Shown piece after piece: positions 37,453-50,598 of a DNA stretch of 64,000 nt (its first letter is position 1; every line of letters begins with the position of its first letter). A model generated the notes under the pieces. The model had not been told where the DNA came from. It saw only the letters and a program-made list of their open reading frames with translations, and searched no databases. Source of the stretch: Camelus dromedarius (taxonomy: Eukaryota); the NCBI RefSeq assembly GCF_036321535.1, contig NC_087436.1, positions 108,006,001 through 108,070,000 on the forward strand. Reading direction: 5' to 3'. The translations under genes were made by a program, and so were the position numbers.

Positions 37453-38430
37453 GCAAACAAGCAGTGTTTTAGAAATGCGGGGCAAGGCTGAAATGTTCTT
37501 TTTCCAAATGTGCAGGATTATTACTAGTACCAGGGCGATGCTCTGATTTACAGTCATTCATGTACTTAAATCAACATTTTTATTTAAATACGAATGATCA
37601 AAAGGAGCATACTAAACACCCTTGGAAAAACATCTAGTACTATTCAGAGGGAGAGCAAAATCTATACTTCACATGGTTACATGTTTATTTTATTACTCCT
37701 AGTCAACACAGGATCAATGATTTTTGTATTAAAAATGTGAAGCAAATTCATAATCTTAGGTCTTAAAGTCTCTAAATATGCTTCACAGTCAGTCTAATTA
37801 TTTAACAAGTATTCTTTTAATCTCAAGTCATAAAATTTAGAAGCCCATAACAGTTGGTTTTTTTTTTTTTAATAACTCCAGGCTTTTAGGAAACACCAAA
37901 ACACACACGCACACTTCAGTGTGTATTACAATTCCATTTCTAATTCGGCTGATGATTATGTGTCTCTGTTGAGGGCACCCAAAGTTTCTTGCCTGGAGGC
38001 TCGGGGGCAGTGATTGGTGGTGTAACTGAGATCAGTTCCCTTATTCTGCATGTCTCTCAGTTTCCCTTTAAGGAATGAGGTGTATTATAACAAGGGTAAA
38101 TTCTTAGACGTTTTGTCTTTTCCAGTCATCATTCTGATTTCCTTGGCTTGAGCCAGGAGCTCCGTACGTACTAAAATAATACGTAATAAGTCCGTGGTAA
38201 ATATGCTTTGGTAGTTAGAGCGAGTTGGCATTTGCTTTTATTAAATCATGAGTAGATTACAAATAAATTTCTGATTTAAATTCTGTGTTTCATGGGCTCC
38301 TGCTGTATACATTTTTTTCTGTGGCAGGGGAAAATAATGAATATTAATGTTTCGTATATTTCAGAATATATTATTTCATTCTGTAAGTTTGCTCCGATTC
38401 CAGACTTGTGAAGTTTTTCATAACTGTTTC

Positions 38431-38616
38431 TTTTTTATTGGCGTATAGTCGACTTACAATGTTGTGTTAATTTCTGGTGTACAGCATAGTGATTCATTTA
38501 TATAAATACATTTCTTTCCATATTCTTTTTCATTATAGGCCATTACAAGCTATTGAATATAGTCCCCTGTGCTATACAGTAGGGCCTTGTTGTTTATCTA
38601 TTTTATATTTGGTAGA
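38431..38616 (-). mobile_element. Artiodactyl-type L1 3' end with TSD
   Basis: 'ttttattggcgtatagtcgacttacaatgttgtgttaatttctggtgtacagc...ccctgtgctatacagtagggccttgttgtttatctatttt'; flanks ataactgtttc (38420-38430) / ataactgtatt (38617-38627). Confidence 0.9.
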
Positions 38617-38844
38617 ATAACTGTATTTTAAAGTTAAAATTAATGTTAACTGAGACCGAGGGGGTTAATAAGCCCAGGGTCCCAGCGGTCGGTCAGAAGG
38701 ATGGCTCAGTCGGAAATCAGAGCGGCTGCGGTTACCGCCCGGCTCTGAGCCGTCGCGCTCTCTCGCCTTGACCTGCTGCGTGTGCTTCCTCACCCCGTCT
38801 CCTCGATTCCACCCTGGCGTCGCTGCCTCTCCACCCCGCAGCTC

Positions 38845-39365
38845 TCATGTCTCATCCCAGTAGCCTAGGGGCTGTCCTTCAGAATGGAGGTCAGCTCTGC
38901 CACACCCCTGCTCCAGACCCTCCCACGGCTCCCTGTCACCCTCTGAATAAAAATCCAACCTTGTCAGCGGGGGGTGCCCGCCCCTGCTCACTCGCCTCGA
39001 GTCCCACTGGCCTCCTCGCTCATTCATCCAGCCACTCCCTTCCAGCCCTGTGACCCCTGAAGCCTTCTCCCTGGTCCTCTTCGTCACCTCTTCTCTGGGT
39101 TACTGTGCGAAGACCGGTTCTCTGACTCGCTTCCTGTGCTGTTTACTCAGCTTCGGTTTTTTTTTTCCCTGCAGCGATCATTGCCTGACACTCGATCCAA
39201 AATACATTGTTTCCCCGTGTATTTTCTGTCTCTTTCACTAGACTGCAGTCCCCACAAGGGCAGGGTCTTTGTTTTGATCACCACTGTATCTCCGTACCTA
39301 AAATAATGCCCAGTAGGTGGTGGACACTGAGTGAATTTTTATCTACGTAAGTGAGTGAATGAAGA
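38845..39365 (+). mobile_element. L2 LINE 3' fragment
   Basis: 'cactagactgcagtccccacaagggcaggg...caccactgtatctcc...gtgaatgaa' is the L2 3' end. Confidence 0.75.
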
Positions 39366-40832
39366 AATAAGACCTGCACTTTCTGACTCTCAGTCCGCTA
39401 CTCCACAGGTCAGTTTCCCAAGGGGCCAAATAAGGTTTTTGTTAAGGGACCACACCCGACTTGGTACGTTAAGAAGTGCCGCTTACTAGCTCTTTGCTGT
39501 AAGGGAAGTCAGGGAGACTTCCCCTCTCTCTCCGTTCCTCACTTACAAAATGAGGTAACAGTCATCTTTGTTTTATCTTCCTTATTAAGTTACAAGAAGA
39601 TCAAAAGGGAAAATATTTTCGTAAGATTTTGCTAAACTGTAAGAAATGAAGCAAAGATTAACTGTTACTTGAGAATTTTAGGTTCACTAATTGGGCACAT
39701 TTACTGTAGACAGCAGCGATGGCAGTAAAGGAAAGCCTGGGGATATTTATTTTCAGGCCGTGAGGGGGCGAGGAGGGCAGGATTGGAAGCCCGGGATTCT
39801 GAAGACAAACGAGCTTGCATGTGAGCCGCTGCTCCGGCCTCTGGCTGCCTGAGTGATTTCGGGCAAATGATTAGAGCTCTCTGGGCCTCAGGTTTTCCTT
39901 GTGTAAAATGTCGTAACTGAAACTGCCTTGAGGGTTACTACAGAGATATTAAGTGAGATTAATGAATGTCAAACACGTTGCTTTATTGTTATTGCAAGTG
40001 AGATGGCCTGGAATAAATCTTGCAGAGCACAATGATCACATTCTCTCATTCAAAAAAAAAAAATGTATTGTTCAGACCACCATCTGCTGCATTAGCGGGA
40101 GGACACCTGAACTTTCTTGTCCTTCCACTTCCTCCTCTCATTCCCACCGACTCCAAGAACGCTCACCCACAGAGACTTAGTCCCACCTGAAAGCCAGGTG
40201 AAGAGAACCTCCATCCTAGACCACAGCTGCTATTACATGTTTATGCCACATGGTGGCACTGTTGCAGCCGGCTCCCTCCTGTCCAAAAGCCGCCTGTTCA
40301 CTTTGTGTCTTTTCCTAACCAGCTCCCTGCCGTAGCACCCCGGTGCTTGGGCTCAGGGGTGCCAGCTCTCTGTCCTCACACGGAGGATGCTAAGGTCTCT
40401 GGATCCTGAGGGACTTCCAGCATTAACCTCAGGTTGTGCTGAAGAATGAGTCCTCGTCCATGACCCCTGAGGCTGTGTCTGAACTTGTTTCGCCATCCAG
40501 GGGAGCGATTTCCTCTTTATCAGGCGGACCCTCACTCAGGAATTGCCCACTTGCTCCCCGGTGACCAACTCTGCAGAACAGAGGGTTAGACAGTTTTTGC
40601 TACATGACACAGGCATGTGCGTGTGCGGGCGCAGTCACACGCACAGTCACGCACACTCACACTCACTCAGGGTCATTTACCATCGCCTTCTCCCAGAGCA
40701 GTGGACGTTCATTTTCATAATTAATAAGGCCTCTCAGGTGACCTTAAAAGATAAAAACGATTAGATTCTCTTGATAGTAAAACAACAGAAACAACATGTC
40801 CATCTTAAATTCCTATTAATATTGCTATTTTT

Positions 40833-41636
40833 TATGATATCACTTATATATGGAATCTAAAAAAAAAATAATGCAAATAAACCTATTTACAAAACAGAAA
40901 CAGACTCAGGCATAGAAAACAAACTATGGTTACCAAAGGGGGAGGGGTAGATTAGGAGTTTGGGATTACAATATACAAACTACTATATATAAAATAGATA
41001 AACAACAAGGTCCTACTGTAAAGCACAGGGAACTATATTCAGTGTCTTGTAATAAACTGTAAAGGAAAAGAATCCGGAAAAGTGTTGCAGAAAAACATGT
41101 TACAGCTCAATGGTGACAGCAACCTGGATCTGGGCGAGAGACCAACACAGCACTCGGAGGATTGGAGAACTCAGGTTTATTACACCAGGGGGCCCAGAGA
41201 AGTTAACACTCCAAGCTCTGGACCCTGGCTGTAGGTTTACACAGGCTTTTATAGGCTGCCAGTTTACACTTTGCAACATCATATGCAAATAAGGTATAAA
41301 AATTTACTAATTAGGAACAAGCTTTGTAGAAAATGGACCAATCAGGATGGAGAGAAATAACCAATCAGGAGTGAGGGAAATGGACCAATCAGGAGTGAGA
41401 TAAATAACCAATCAGGAGTGAGCTCAGGGAACCAATAGAATTTTAGGGGTGAGTTCCACTTTTCCTAGAAGTAAGCTGTTTCAGAGGCATAAAGTGAGAT
41501 AGAGCTTCTGGGCCAGGGAACCTGATGGTGCTGGCAGGAGAGTAGTGGCCCTGCCTAGGGGTCCTGCTGATCTTTTTTATGGGGCTCCCACCTCAAAAGA
41601 ATATATATGTGTGTGTGTGTGTGTGTGTATAACTGG
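40833..41636 (+). mobile_element. Artiodactyl-type L1 3' UTR fragment, interrupted by a solo LTR
   Basis: 'atatcacttatatatggaatctaa...aaaacagaaacagactca...ggttaccaaaggg...agcacagggaactatattca' up to 41082, resuming at 41596 'aaagaatatatatg...tataactg'. Confidence 0.9.
41083..41595 (-). mobile_element. Young ERV1 (gamma-like) solo LTR, 513 bp
   Basis: TG...CA termini; 4-bp TSD aaag (41079-41082 / 41596-41599); minus-strand TATAAAA (41247-41253) and AATAAA (41176-41181); tandem CCAAT repeats in U3. Confidence 0.88.
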
Positions 41637-44019
41637 ATATTTGTTCTTATTTTGACTATCACAGTGGTAGCCTATATTCTCTGATAGTCACTCAGTTTAA
41701 TTTGGGGGGAAACGCTCGGCTCCATCACAAGTGGATACAACTGTGATGTGGGTCTCAGAGAGTCACTGCTTGAATATAGAGCTTTTAAGGAAAGAAGCAA
41801 AGGTGTTATGAACTGAGCTGCTAGGGCAAACGGCGTCCTTCCCCGGACTGTCGAAAACACCTCTCTTCAACGCCTGTGCTTGTTGCGTTTTCCTGTCCAG
41901 CTGGGCTGGGTGGTTGGGGCAGGCCTGGGCTATTACCAGCTCTAAGAAGCACAGGGTGCAGCAGACCCGGCAAAAGAGGACCCTCATCCGAGCGTAGGGG
42001 GAGACGGCCGCAGAGGTTTCCAAGGCCCAGTCCATTGAGGGCGGGGAGCGAAGACTTCGCTCGTCTTAAAGGGCACATTCGCTATCTCTGGGTTTTCGGG
42101 GAGCCGGGTGGTGGTTGGCAGTGGTTTATATATTCAGAGTTCTGATCCTGGACAGACATGAATAACATCCCCAACTACGGGTACAGATATGCCACACTTC
42201 ATTTCATTTTTATATAAATACATTTCTGAAAACAAACGTCCCGGTGTCATGATGTAGCCCGAGGCCCTTACCTCTTCTACTTTCTCTCCAAATCAGATGA
42301 GCTCATTTATAAACTTTCTCATTGGACATTTCTTGGCCCTCTTCTGAGTTGCAAACTTAGCACATTAATTGGCATGACCTCAGTTTTGCCACCTTTAGCA
42401 TCGTTGCCTTTTCTCTTCCCTGAACTTCAAAGTTGGTCTGCAGGCTGGTATTATAGCCATGTTGCCCGTCTGCACCCTCTCTTTTCTCCACACAGTTGTC
42501 TGAAATCATTTATGTTATCTCTAGCCATTATGGAAGAAAATGCCTGCTTATCTTACGTATATGATTTCCACTTCTGCAGGTCTGTGGAACTTCTGCAATC
42601 AATCAAATCTCTTCTCACTGCTTTCTCTCTATTATTCTGGCTTTACCTACAGAATTATACTGTTCATTACTAAAATATATAATCATATTTAGACCAAGTG
42701 ATCTAATTGCATACATTTTCTTCTGATCCAGAGTTCCTGGCACTCGGACCATTTCCTAGCAAACCTATCATAACTCATGGGCTGCTTCCAAATTCTGCGT
42801 GTTGGCTCAAGGTTCTTCTCAAACCATAAAAAGCAAACTTGAGAATTTTTCCCATTTGAGATAAATCAGAGATTGTTTTTCTTCGTTTTGGCAATCTTCA
42901 TTTTTCAACAAAAAGAAGGCTGTGTGCATCAAAGCTGAAATGAAAAACTTAGCATCTACTGTAGACAAAGCACACGACATACGTTATTTAATCCTCAGAA
43001 TAGCCAACGATGCTGGTTCAATTTTCATTATTTCCTTTTGCTTAGAAAATTGAGACTCAGAGAAATAACTTGCCCAAGATTAATCCCCTCAGTAGACAGA
43101 TCCAAGCCCTTCTGTACCAGCCACTTCCAATTAATGCCCAGGCTCCGAGAAGACGTTCAAAAGTGGTAAATTCATCCTTTCAGACTATCTAAGCCTTTGC
43201 TCCACACCCCTGAAAGGACTATTGTTTTTTTAGTGGAATAATATTCAATGGCTGGAGGTCAAAATTTAAACCAGTTCTTTTCATTCACTAAAAAAAAAAA
43301 AAAAAAAAAGAATGATAAACCTTCATTGCGAGAAAAGAGCAAAGCTAAGTGTATTTGTTAGTTTCGACTAGGCTGACCTGGCGGTGTCTTCCATCTCTGC
43401 GGAACCGCGACCACCAGCACCTTGTGTGTAATAAGCCCAGGATGTTGTGTGCTGTTGTGTTAGAGGACCACCCAGCCCTGGGCTTTGTTTATTATGACGC
43501 CCAGTCAGCGATGACAGTTAAAATGATAATGGACTTAGACGGATCATTTGGGCAGTGTTCTTCTCATTTCATTTGTGTCAACTCAACCATGGTTCAAGAA
43601 TTGTCATCCAGTGAACAAAACTGTGCTTCTTGTGAGGGATGCATTCCAGAGTGTCCTGACAAGGGGACTAGATAAATTATTAAGCATTCACTGTGTACCA
43701 AGCACTGCCTCAGACAAGAAGACTTACACCCACTTTGTCACCTGAGGATGATAGACTGTGAACGCTGGAGCACATCTCAAATTATGGCATGAATCCACCC
43801 CCTCCAATTCCATCTCTCCCTGTACTCTCTCCCACCTTCCTGGGGTCCCCTAACATATCTCACTTGTATAGAGACTTTGTGAGCATTCATTCAAAGAAGG
43901 AAGAATAATGACTGGGAGAGAGTTTTGATTACTGGTGGAAGAATCTCATTGCGCCAGCCCACTAATAATGCAGGTAGAATGCTGACACGCTGGCCGGTGG
44001 ATGTCATCTTTATTTATAG

Positions 44020-44128
44020 TAAACGTTAGTAAAAATCAATTCCACCTGTTTCTTTTTATGTTTAAAAATGTGGCTGGTAGAAGAATTAAAATTACCTAGG
44101 CAGTACATATTCCTGTTAGACAGTGTGG
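44020..44128. mobile_element. MER3-like hAT fragment
   Basis: 'ttccacctgtttctttttatgtttaaaaatgtggctggtagaagaattaaaattac...gacagtg'. Confidence 0.65.
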
Positions 44129-46519
44129 CTCTCGTGTACTCCCACCAGTCATTGTAGGGGTGATTGCAGACTTATAATCTATTTTTTACATTTAAGGTTA
44201 TATAATTAAATGTCTTTCTCAAACCATGGTCTTTTAATCGCTTCATAATTATCCATCCTATGAATGACCAGTGTGTTTATAACCATGACATCCTCTTCTG
44301 TCCCCAGGTAGCCATTTAAGTCATTTCCAACTTGCAAAGTAAGGGATTTTTTTTTTCAATGACTTTGTTTTTAATCAATACCATTTTTCTTTTCCCGCTC
44401 CTTCCATTGGAGTAAATTTGGAAAAAGTAAATCTAGAAGAAGTCATTAAAAATTAAATAGCTTTATTATAGGAAGCACTCCCTTTTAATGTCATGATACA
44501 TAGTTTTTTCCTTTTCATTTTTTGATTTCTTGTTTTACAAACTTGTATGTTGAATTTTCTTTCTTTTTCATTTGAATGTAAGCATGTTATATTTTCCATT
44601 TTATTAGAAACTTTTAAAAAGAGAAAGAAAATGAGATCATATAATGGAATACAATGCTTTATTTGAGTGAATATATCATTTTCTTTTTGATTGGCTTTAT
44701 AGCTTGAATTCAATTTTGAACAATTATATATAATGAATCCTTTTATCTTTCCTCCAAATTTTGGATTATTTCCATTTATTCTGAACAAGCCTCAGATGGG
44801 CATTTAAGAAACAAGTATACAAAAAAAGTCTATGTATCATGTCATGGCTTCAAGTTAGAGGTTATATTGTTGAAAAGTTAGGGGACACTTTTCACAATTG
44901 AAACAATTCAGACCTCATGCCTCCTAGGTCTCTTTTTTATTTGGCTGTGCTGCCAGCAGAGCAAATACATATTAAAGTCAGTGTCCAAAAGCCCCTCATT
45001 TTCCTGTTTATTTAACAAATCTATAATCGTACTTTAATAAAGACATGTATTTAATTGAAGCTTGGATTTAAGCCAATTTCCCCATTATCAGTAGATTTTG
45101 TCATTTGTGTGTGGGTGTGGTAAGAGTGTTTTCACCCACTTAAATAGCACATTTCCCACCTGAACTGTTCCTGTGCTGTCGTGCTTTATTATGAATGTCG
45201 GCAGAGCACTGAACCATCGCTCACTGTGCCACTAGATTCTAGTCACTGACTTTGGTTAAGTTTGGGCCGTGGACGTGAAATATTAAGCAAGAAGCTTGGG
45301 GCAGGGGAGCAGTGGAGCTCAGTTTCAGTGAGGGGAGCCCTGAGGAGTGGAGTGCAGAGCAGGGACGGGTGGAGACGTCATCACTCATATTTATGTTCAG
45401 CGTCGCTGCTGCTGGGATGCTGTTCTTGAGTATGAGTGCGGTTTATTGCAGGAGCCGAAGGCCTGTAGTCCTTTCTTTTTCATGTGAGATTTAACAGGAT
45501 AGTGATGTCTGTGAAAATGGGAAGGAGAACAAAGAAATCAAGAGTAGGAAGCCAGAACGGAGCAGTGTACTGAACTCCAGCAGAGATGAAGGATGAGGAT
45601 TTGAACCCGTGTTGTAATTCCATTCCTTCCAAGCCCACAGCCCTGTTCTGATGAGTATTTAATAGCAGGTCACAAGGAGTGATGGCAAAAGCATGGATGT
45701 GAGGATTCTGGAAACGTAGTTGTCATTCCAGGTCTACTGCTGTGTGACCCCAGGAAAGTACATCCACCTCAGAGGACTTCAGAGACTCCGCAGAGGTCAA
45801 CTGTAACGTGCAAGGCTGAACCCCGCTCAGAGCTGGTCAGTATACCTTCTATAACAGCACTTAGGAATGACTTCCTAAAATTCAGTGTTTTAGCTGTACT
45901 TAGAGTCAGCTCAGGGATCAGAGTGTCCTGATCAATTATTAATGTCTGTGAAAAGTAATGTCGTTACTCTTCTCAGACAAAACCATCTCAGATGACCGTC
46001 TAAATTAAATGCTCTATAATTCTGTGACTTCAGAAGATTTGTATGTCCTGCTAATGTAAAACTAAGAAGATTCAATTGAACCCTTCCGTTTTTTTAAAAA
46101 ATCGGTAATGTATTAAAATTACTTGTGTGATTCGTAAATGACACGTAGTTTAGAGCCAGTGTTGATTGAAGGGCTGTGTGGTGACAGTAAGCCTCGATTT
46201 CAGGGAAATGCGCACATCTATCCAAGAGGGCAGAATTATCCAGTGCATGGGTTCTTACTCACTGACTAGATCATTGTGTTAAATAATCATAAACTTAGTG
46301 TATTTAATTATCATCATGATTAATCTAATTGATATTTTAAAATCTCCAGAAGTAAGATACAAGAATGCGACACATGATTATTCTTAGGATTGGAAATTTT
46401 GCATGGGGACAACTTAGTCCATGGTTTTCTGTAAGTCTGCGGTCCTTTTCTTTCACAGTAGTCTGTGAGCCTTCAGTTATAGTCTATCATGACAGATGTC
46501 AAAGCCATAGGTGATAGGA

Positions 46520-46900
46520 ATAATGAAATTTAATGAGTTCTTCTCTGCGCCAGGACTCATTCAACGAGCTTTATATAACTCAGTTGACTTCTTCTACAAG
46601 TCTAATAAGTCAGTATTATTATTTTTATTATCATCCTCATCTTATAAATGAGGAAACTGAGGCACAGAAAAGTGACGCAACCTACCCCAGGTCACATGGC
46701 TAGCAGACAGCGGAGCTCTTTACCCGGTGGTGACAGCGATGACCATTTTGAGGGTCTCTCGGCACCAGGCACTTTGCCAGAAGCGTTCCATCAGCGATGT
46801 TGTTTCAGGTGTGTTTTATGGATGAGATAACTGAGGCTCAGGCTGCCTGAGTAATGAGTCCGCTGTCACCCAGCTAATCAGTCTCAGAGCTGAGAACCTC
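46520..46900 (-). mobile_element. Two adjacent MIR fragments
   Basis: MIR cores 'aaatgaggaaactgaggcacaga...ggtcacatggcta' and 'gatgagataactgaggctcag'. Confidence 0.75.
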
Positions 46901-47149
46901 CAGTTCCAAAAAATGTGATGGGTTCACCACATTAAAGTCCTCCCTTCTGAAGGTCGTTATGCAGCTGTGGATGTTGCTTTTGTTAAATCAAAGACGGTAA
47001 AGTACACGTACTGAAATCTGGACCTCATTTCTACTCTAGATTTATAGAAATGATAGATTGCAGAATGTCTGGCAATGCATCCTGAATAAGCGTGTGCCAC
47101 AGACCTGCAGACATTTGCACCCAGTACAGCGGGCTGGTTATCATCATTT

Positions 47150-47458
47150 AGGTCAAAACCCATGCGTTTACTTCCTCAGACACTCTGTGATCCCCCTGTG
47201 CTATGTTTGTAAAGTGCTTCCCAAACGTACGCCCTCGCACGTAACCACGCGCACATCTGTAGTTACTCTCTGTTCACCTTACTTTGTTGTGCTGTCTTCT
47301 GAGCATTTACCACTATTGATACTGCCCAGCTATCCTTTACCAGGAGATGGTTTCATGAGAGCAGAGAGCTTATGTTTTGTTGATCGCTCCATCCCCAGAA
47401 CCAAGGGCAGTATCTGGCATGCAAAATGCAACCTAAAATTTTTATTGAATGAATGAAT
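47150..47458 (+). mobile_element. L2 LINE 3' fragment
   Basis: Ends 'atccccagaacc...tggcat...ttattgaatgaatgaat'. Confidence 0.7.
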
Positions 47459-49849
47459 TTTGCTTAGTTTTCTTATTAAAAACACCAGTAGCAGCATTTT
47501 TTAAAATTGACTGGTTCCCAATGTGCATTGCTTTCTGTTAAGTACACATTTTCTGAATTTATTTCTAACAGTAAAATTAGGGAGTTGGTCCTACTAGCCT
47601 GAGGAAAATAAGACATTCTGAAGTCCAATTACTTGCATAAGGACACACACCTAGTAGTTAAGAACCACAGGCCAACCCACAGAGACCGTTCCCAATCCTG
47701 CTCTCCCCTGTGACTGCAAAAAGTCCTGAACACTTTGATCTACTTTTTGGTTGGTTTTCCTATTAAGTTATTTATGTGATTTTATTACTAACTTTATAGA
47801 CAAGGTGTAAATTCAATCAACATTTATTGAACACACTCTTAGATTGTATGGCAAACATCATTAGTCTCCCTTTACAAGGGGAAAAAGAGAAGTTCCGGTG
47901 ATGTGGGTCCTGGCAAGTGGTAAATCCACGTTACTAACCCAGGACTGTTGATTCCAAGTCTCCTGCTCATTCTGTGATATACCAGCGAGAAATAGCATCA
48001 CCAGCCATGGGTTTCCTTACCATTGTTTCCAATCTGTGTTGAGAGGATGCGTTACATCACAGTAAGTGTTGCGATTCCATTGTCAAGTGCTCTCTTGGGG
48101 CAGATAATATTTGAATATGGATTCTTGATAATTATTTACTCCAAATCTACGCATAAGTTGATTTTTTTTTTTTTTTTTTTTTTTGGCAGAGATCTAATCT
48201 ATACAAGGAAGTGTCCTGGATGATTTTCTTATACTTGTCCTTCTCTCTCAAAACTCTTTGAGTCTTAGATTTGTGTCCTGTATCCCTAAATGGCAATTGA
48301 TGAATTTCTGGAGCTCTCATTGATTTCTTTTTGGAATAAAGAATAATTTCAGGAGTAATTCAGAAATACTGTAGCAAATCTGTGCCCCTTTTAAAGAGGT
48401 CAAATAATTACTAAACTAATCAACATACATTTGGATTTCTCCTATACAAGAAGGAGGCTGCAGTAGAAAGATATTTCTTACAGTGCTTAGCTCACCTATT
48501 TTAAAAGTTATCTATCCAGAAGCATTAAGCAGCAAAACAAACAAAACGCAAAAACAAAAAACAAACCACAGCAATTTAGAGATTCCAAACTGACCAAATA
48601 GAAGAGAGACATGTATCTGCGTTTCTCTAGGAATTGGAGAGAAATAGAGAAATACAAATCCATGTTTTCACCTACAATTTGTCAATTGATATTCCTTTAA
48701 GGTCGATTAGAATTTTGGAGTTGTCAAGCAAATATTCTGTTTCTAAACAAGGAGGCAGGCCCATAAAATTAAAAATGTGTTGCATTCCCTAGGCTGTTTT
48801 AGAGGTGATAGAACAATTTATAGCTTCTAATACAATCTAAGGGAAAATACAATTTATTGCATCAATTCAACCATAACGTAACAGAAGATCATTACTATCT
48901 TGCTATCAGCAACTACAGAAATTGTGAAGAGCTAAACTTCTAAGACCACATCAGAGTGAGGACATTAGTAAATTTTTTTCCTGAGAACTGTATTAATATA
49001 AATTCCAACGCTGAATTTCTAGTGACAGTACTTTTATTAAAGATCTTTCATTAACTCCAAATTTTTCACCCAGATATTTGACTAACAGATGATGAGGCAA
49101 TTTCCCTAAGAACCCTTGGCAAGTTCATCTGTTATGTCCAAATAAATATTTGGGTGCACCTCCTCCCCCAGCCTGATCAATCTAGCAAATACACTGAAAT
49201 TTGGAGCATCTTTTGTGGGATTAGAGCATAGCTTCAGATTGTCACAAGCCCCTTGTCCTTCAGTCTCACATGCTCTGGAGAAAGGCTGTCTGTTCCTTGG
49301 AGGTGCTCAGCTCTGTTTTTATGTGATGCGTTAGTAGGTGAATAACTGAAACTAAATATTATTTCAGTCTCTATACCTAGGATTTATTAGAGTAATGTGA
49401 CTAATGAGTCACTCATTCAAGTTAAATTTGTGCCAGAAACTTCACATTCGTTACGTCATTTCCTTCTGCCAACAACCTTGCTAAGAGGAGGTAGGAGGCA
49501 AGCATCATCCCCACTTCACAGACAGGAAAACTGAGGTGGAGCAAATGAACAGATAATTCGTGGCTGAGACATGATTAACAACCACACTTGACTCTTAAAG
49601 TTTTGTTCTTTCCATTTTTCCCTCAACAGTACTTATTTTTATAAGTGTGTCTAAGATGATACCGTCTTAAGTTTTATGCAGAAGCTTTGCAGGACGACGT
49701 TTGCAGTTTTGTTGTTGCCTTTTTCTTGTATATTGTTGAGTGGCCTTCCTTCTCTTTACTGTCTTTATCCCATCTTAGGAAGCTGAGGGCTTAGAGAAGT
49801 TTCACTGGTTAGACATGTTAAGAAAATGGTTCTTTAAGGGGGCGAATTT

Positions 49850-50330
49850 AGCACAGTGATCAAGAGGACTGGCTTCCTATTCTGCCAGACCTGGTCTGAG
49901 CCCTGGCTTCACTATTGACCAGTTGGGGGAGATGGGGCAAATGTCTTATCCTCCATAAGTATCGGCTTCCCAGTCTGTAAAACTGGAGTAACGGTCATAC
50001 CTAACGCTGATGGTTATGCGTGCATTCATTCATTCGGCAAATATTCATCGAGCCCTTATTGTGTACCAGATACTCAGTACTGAATTAACTGAGTTGCCTG
50101 TCCTGAAGCAGTTTATGTTCTAGCAAGGGAAGACAGATAATAAACTAATAAATAAATCAACCTATGTCAGTACTAAGGGCTCGGTAGAAATATAAGGCAA
50201 AGTAAGAGTGATAGTTATAGAGGAGTGGAAAAATGATGAGGCAGGAGGGGTATATTTTATAAGTTGACTAACGAAGCTTCCCTTATAAGATGACAGTTGG
50301 GCAGAGACCTGAAAGAAATGTTATTGAAAA
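49850..50330. mobile_element. MIR (+) followed by L2 (-)
   Basis: 'agcacagtgatcaagag...tctgtaaaactgga', then 'cattcattcattcggcaaatattcatcgagcc...gttgggcagagacctgaa'. Confidence 0.7.
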
Positions 50331-50455
50331 AAATCAAAGAAAAAAAAAAAAGCTACGCGTGGAGTGTTCTATAAGATGCTGGCTGCAGAAAGTCGCAAAC
50401 CATCGCTGCATGCTCATTTGATTGGATTTAATTAATTTCTTTTATGTATGCCTTT

Positions 50456-50598
50456 GTTTTATTGTGCTAAGAACACTTAACATGAGATGTACCCTCTTAA
50501 CAAACTTCTGAGTGTACAATACAGTATTGTTAACTACAGGCACTGTGTTGTACAGCAGATCTGTGTAACTTACTCATCTCACACAACTGAAACTTTAT
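50456..50598 (-). mobile_element. L1MA9/10-like 3' fragment
   Basis: 'aagaacacttaacatgagatgtaccctcttaacaaa...gtacaatacagtattgttaactacagg...gtacagcagatct'. Confidence 0.85.

Noticed and set aside
41331..41440. Regularly spaced repeats, superficially CRISPR-like
   Set aside because: Tandem 23/24-bp units with no unique spacers, inside a retroviral LTR in mammalian DNA.
43289..43309. Long poly(A) run (also 18165, 55857; poly(T) at 48162, 62416)
   Set aside because: No convincing polyadenylation signal or TSD found; treated as simple mononucleotide repeats.
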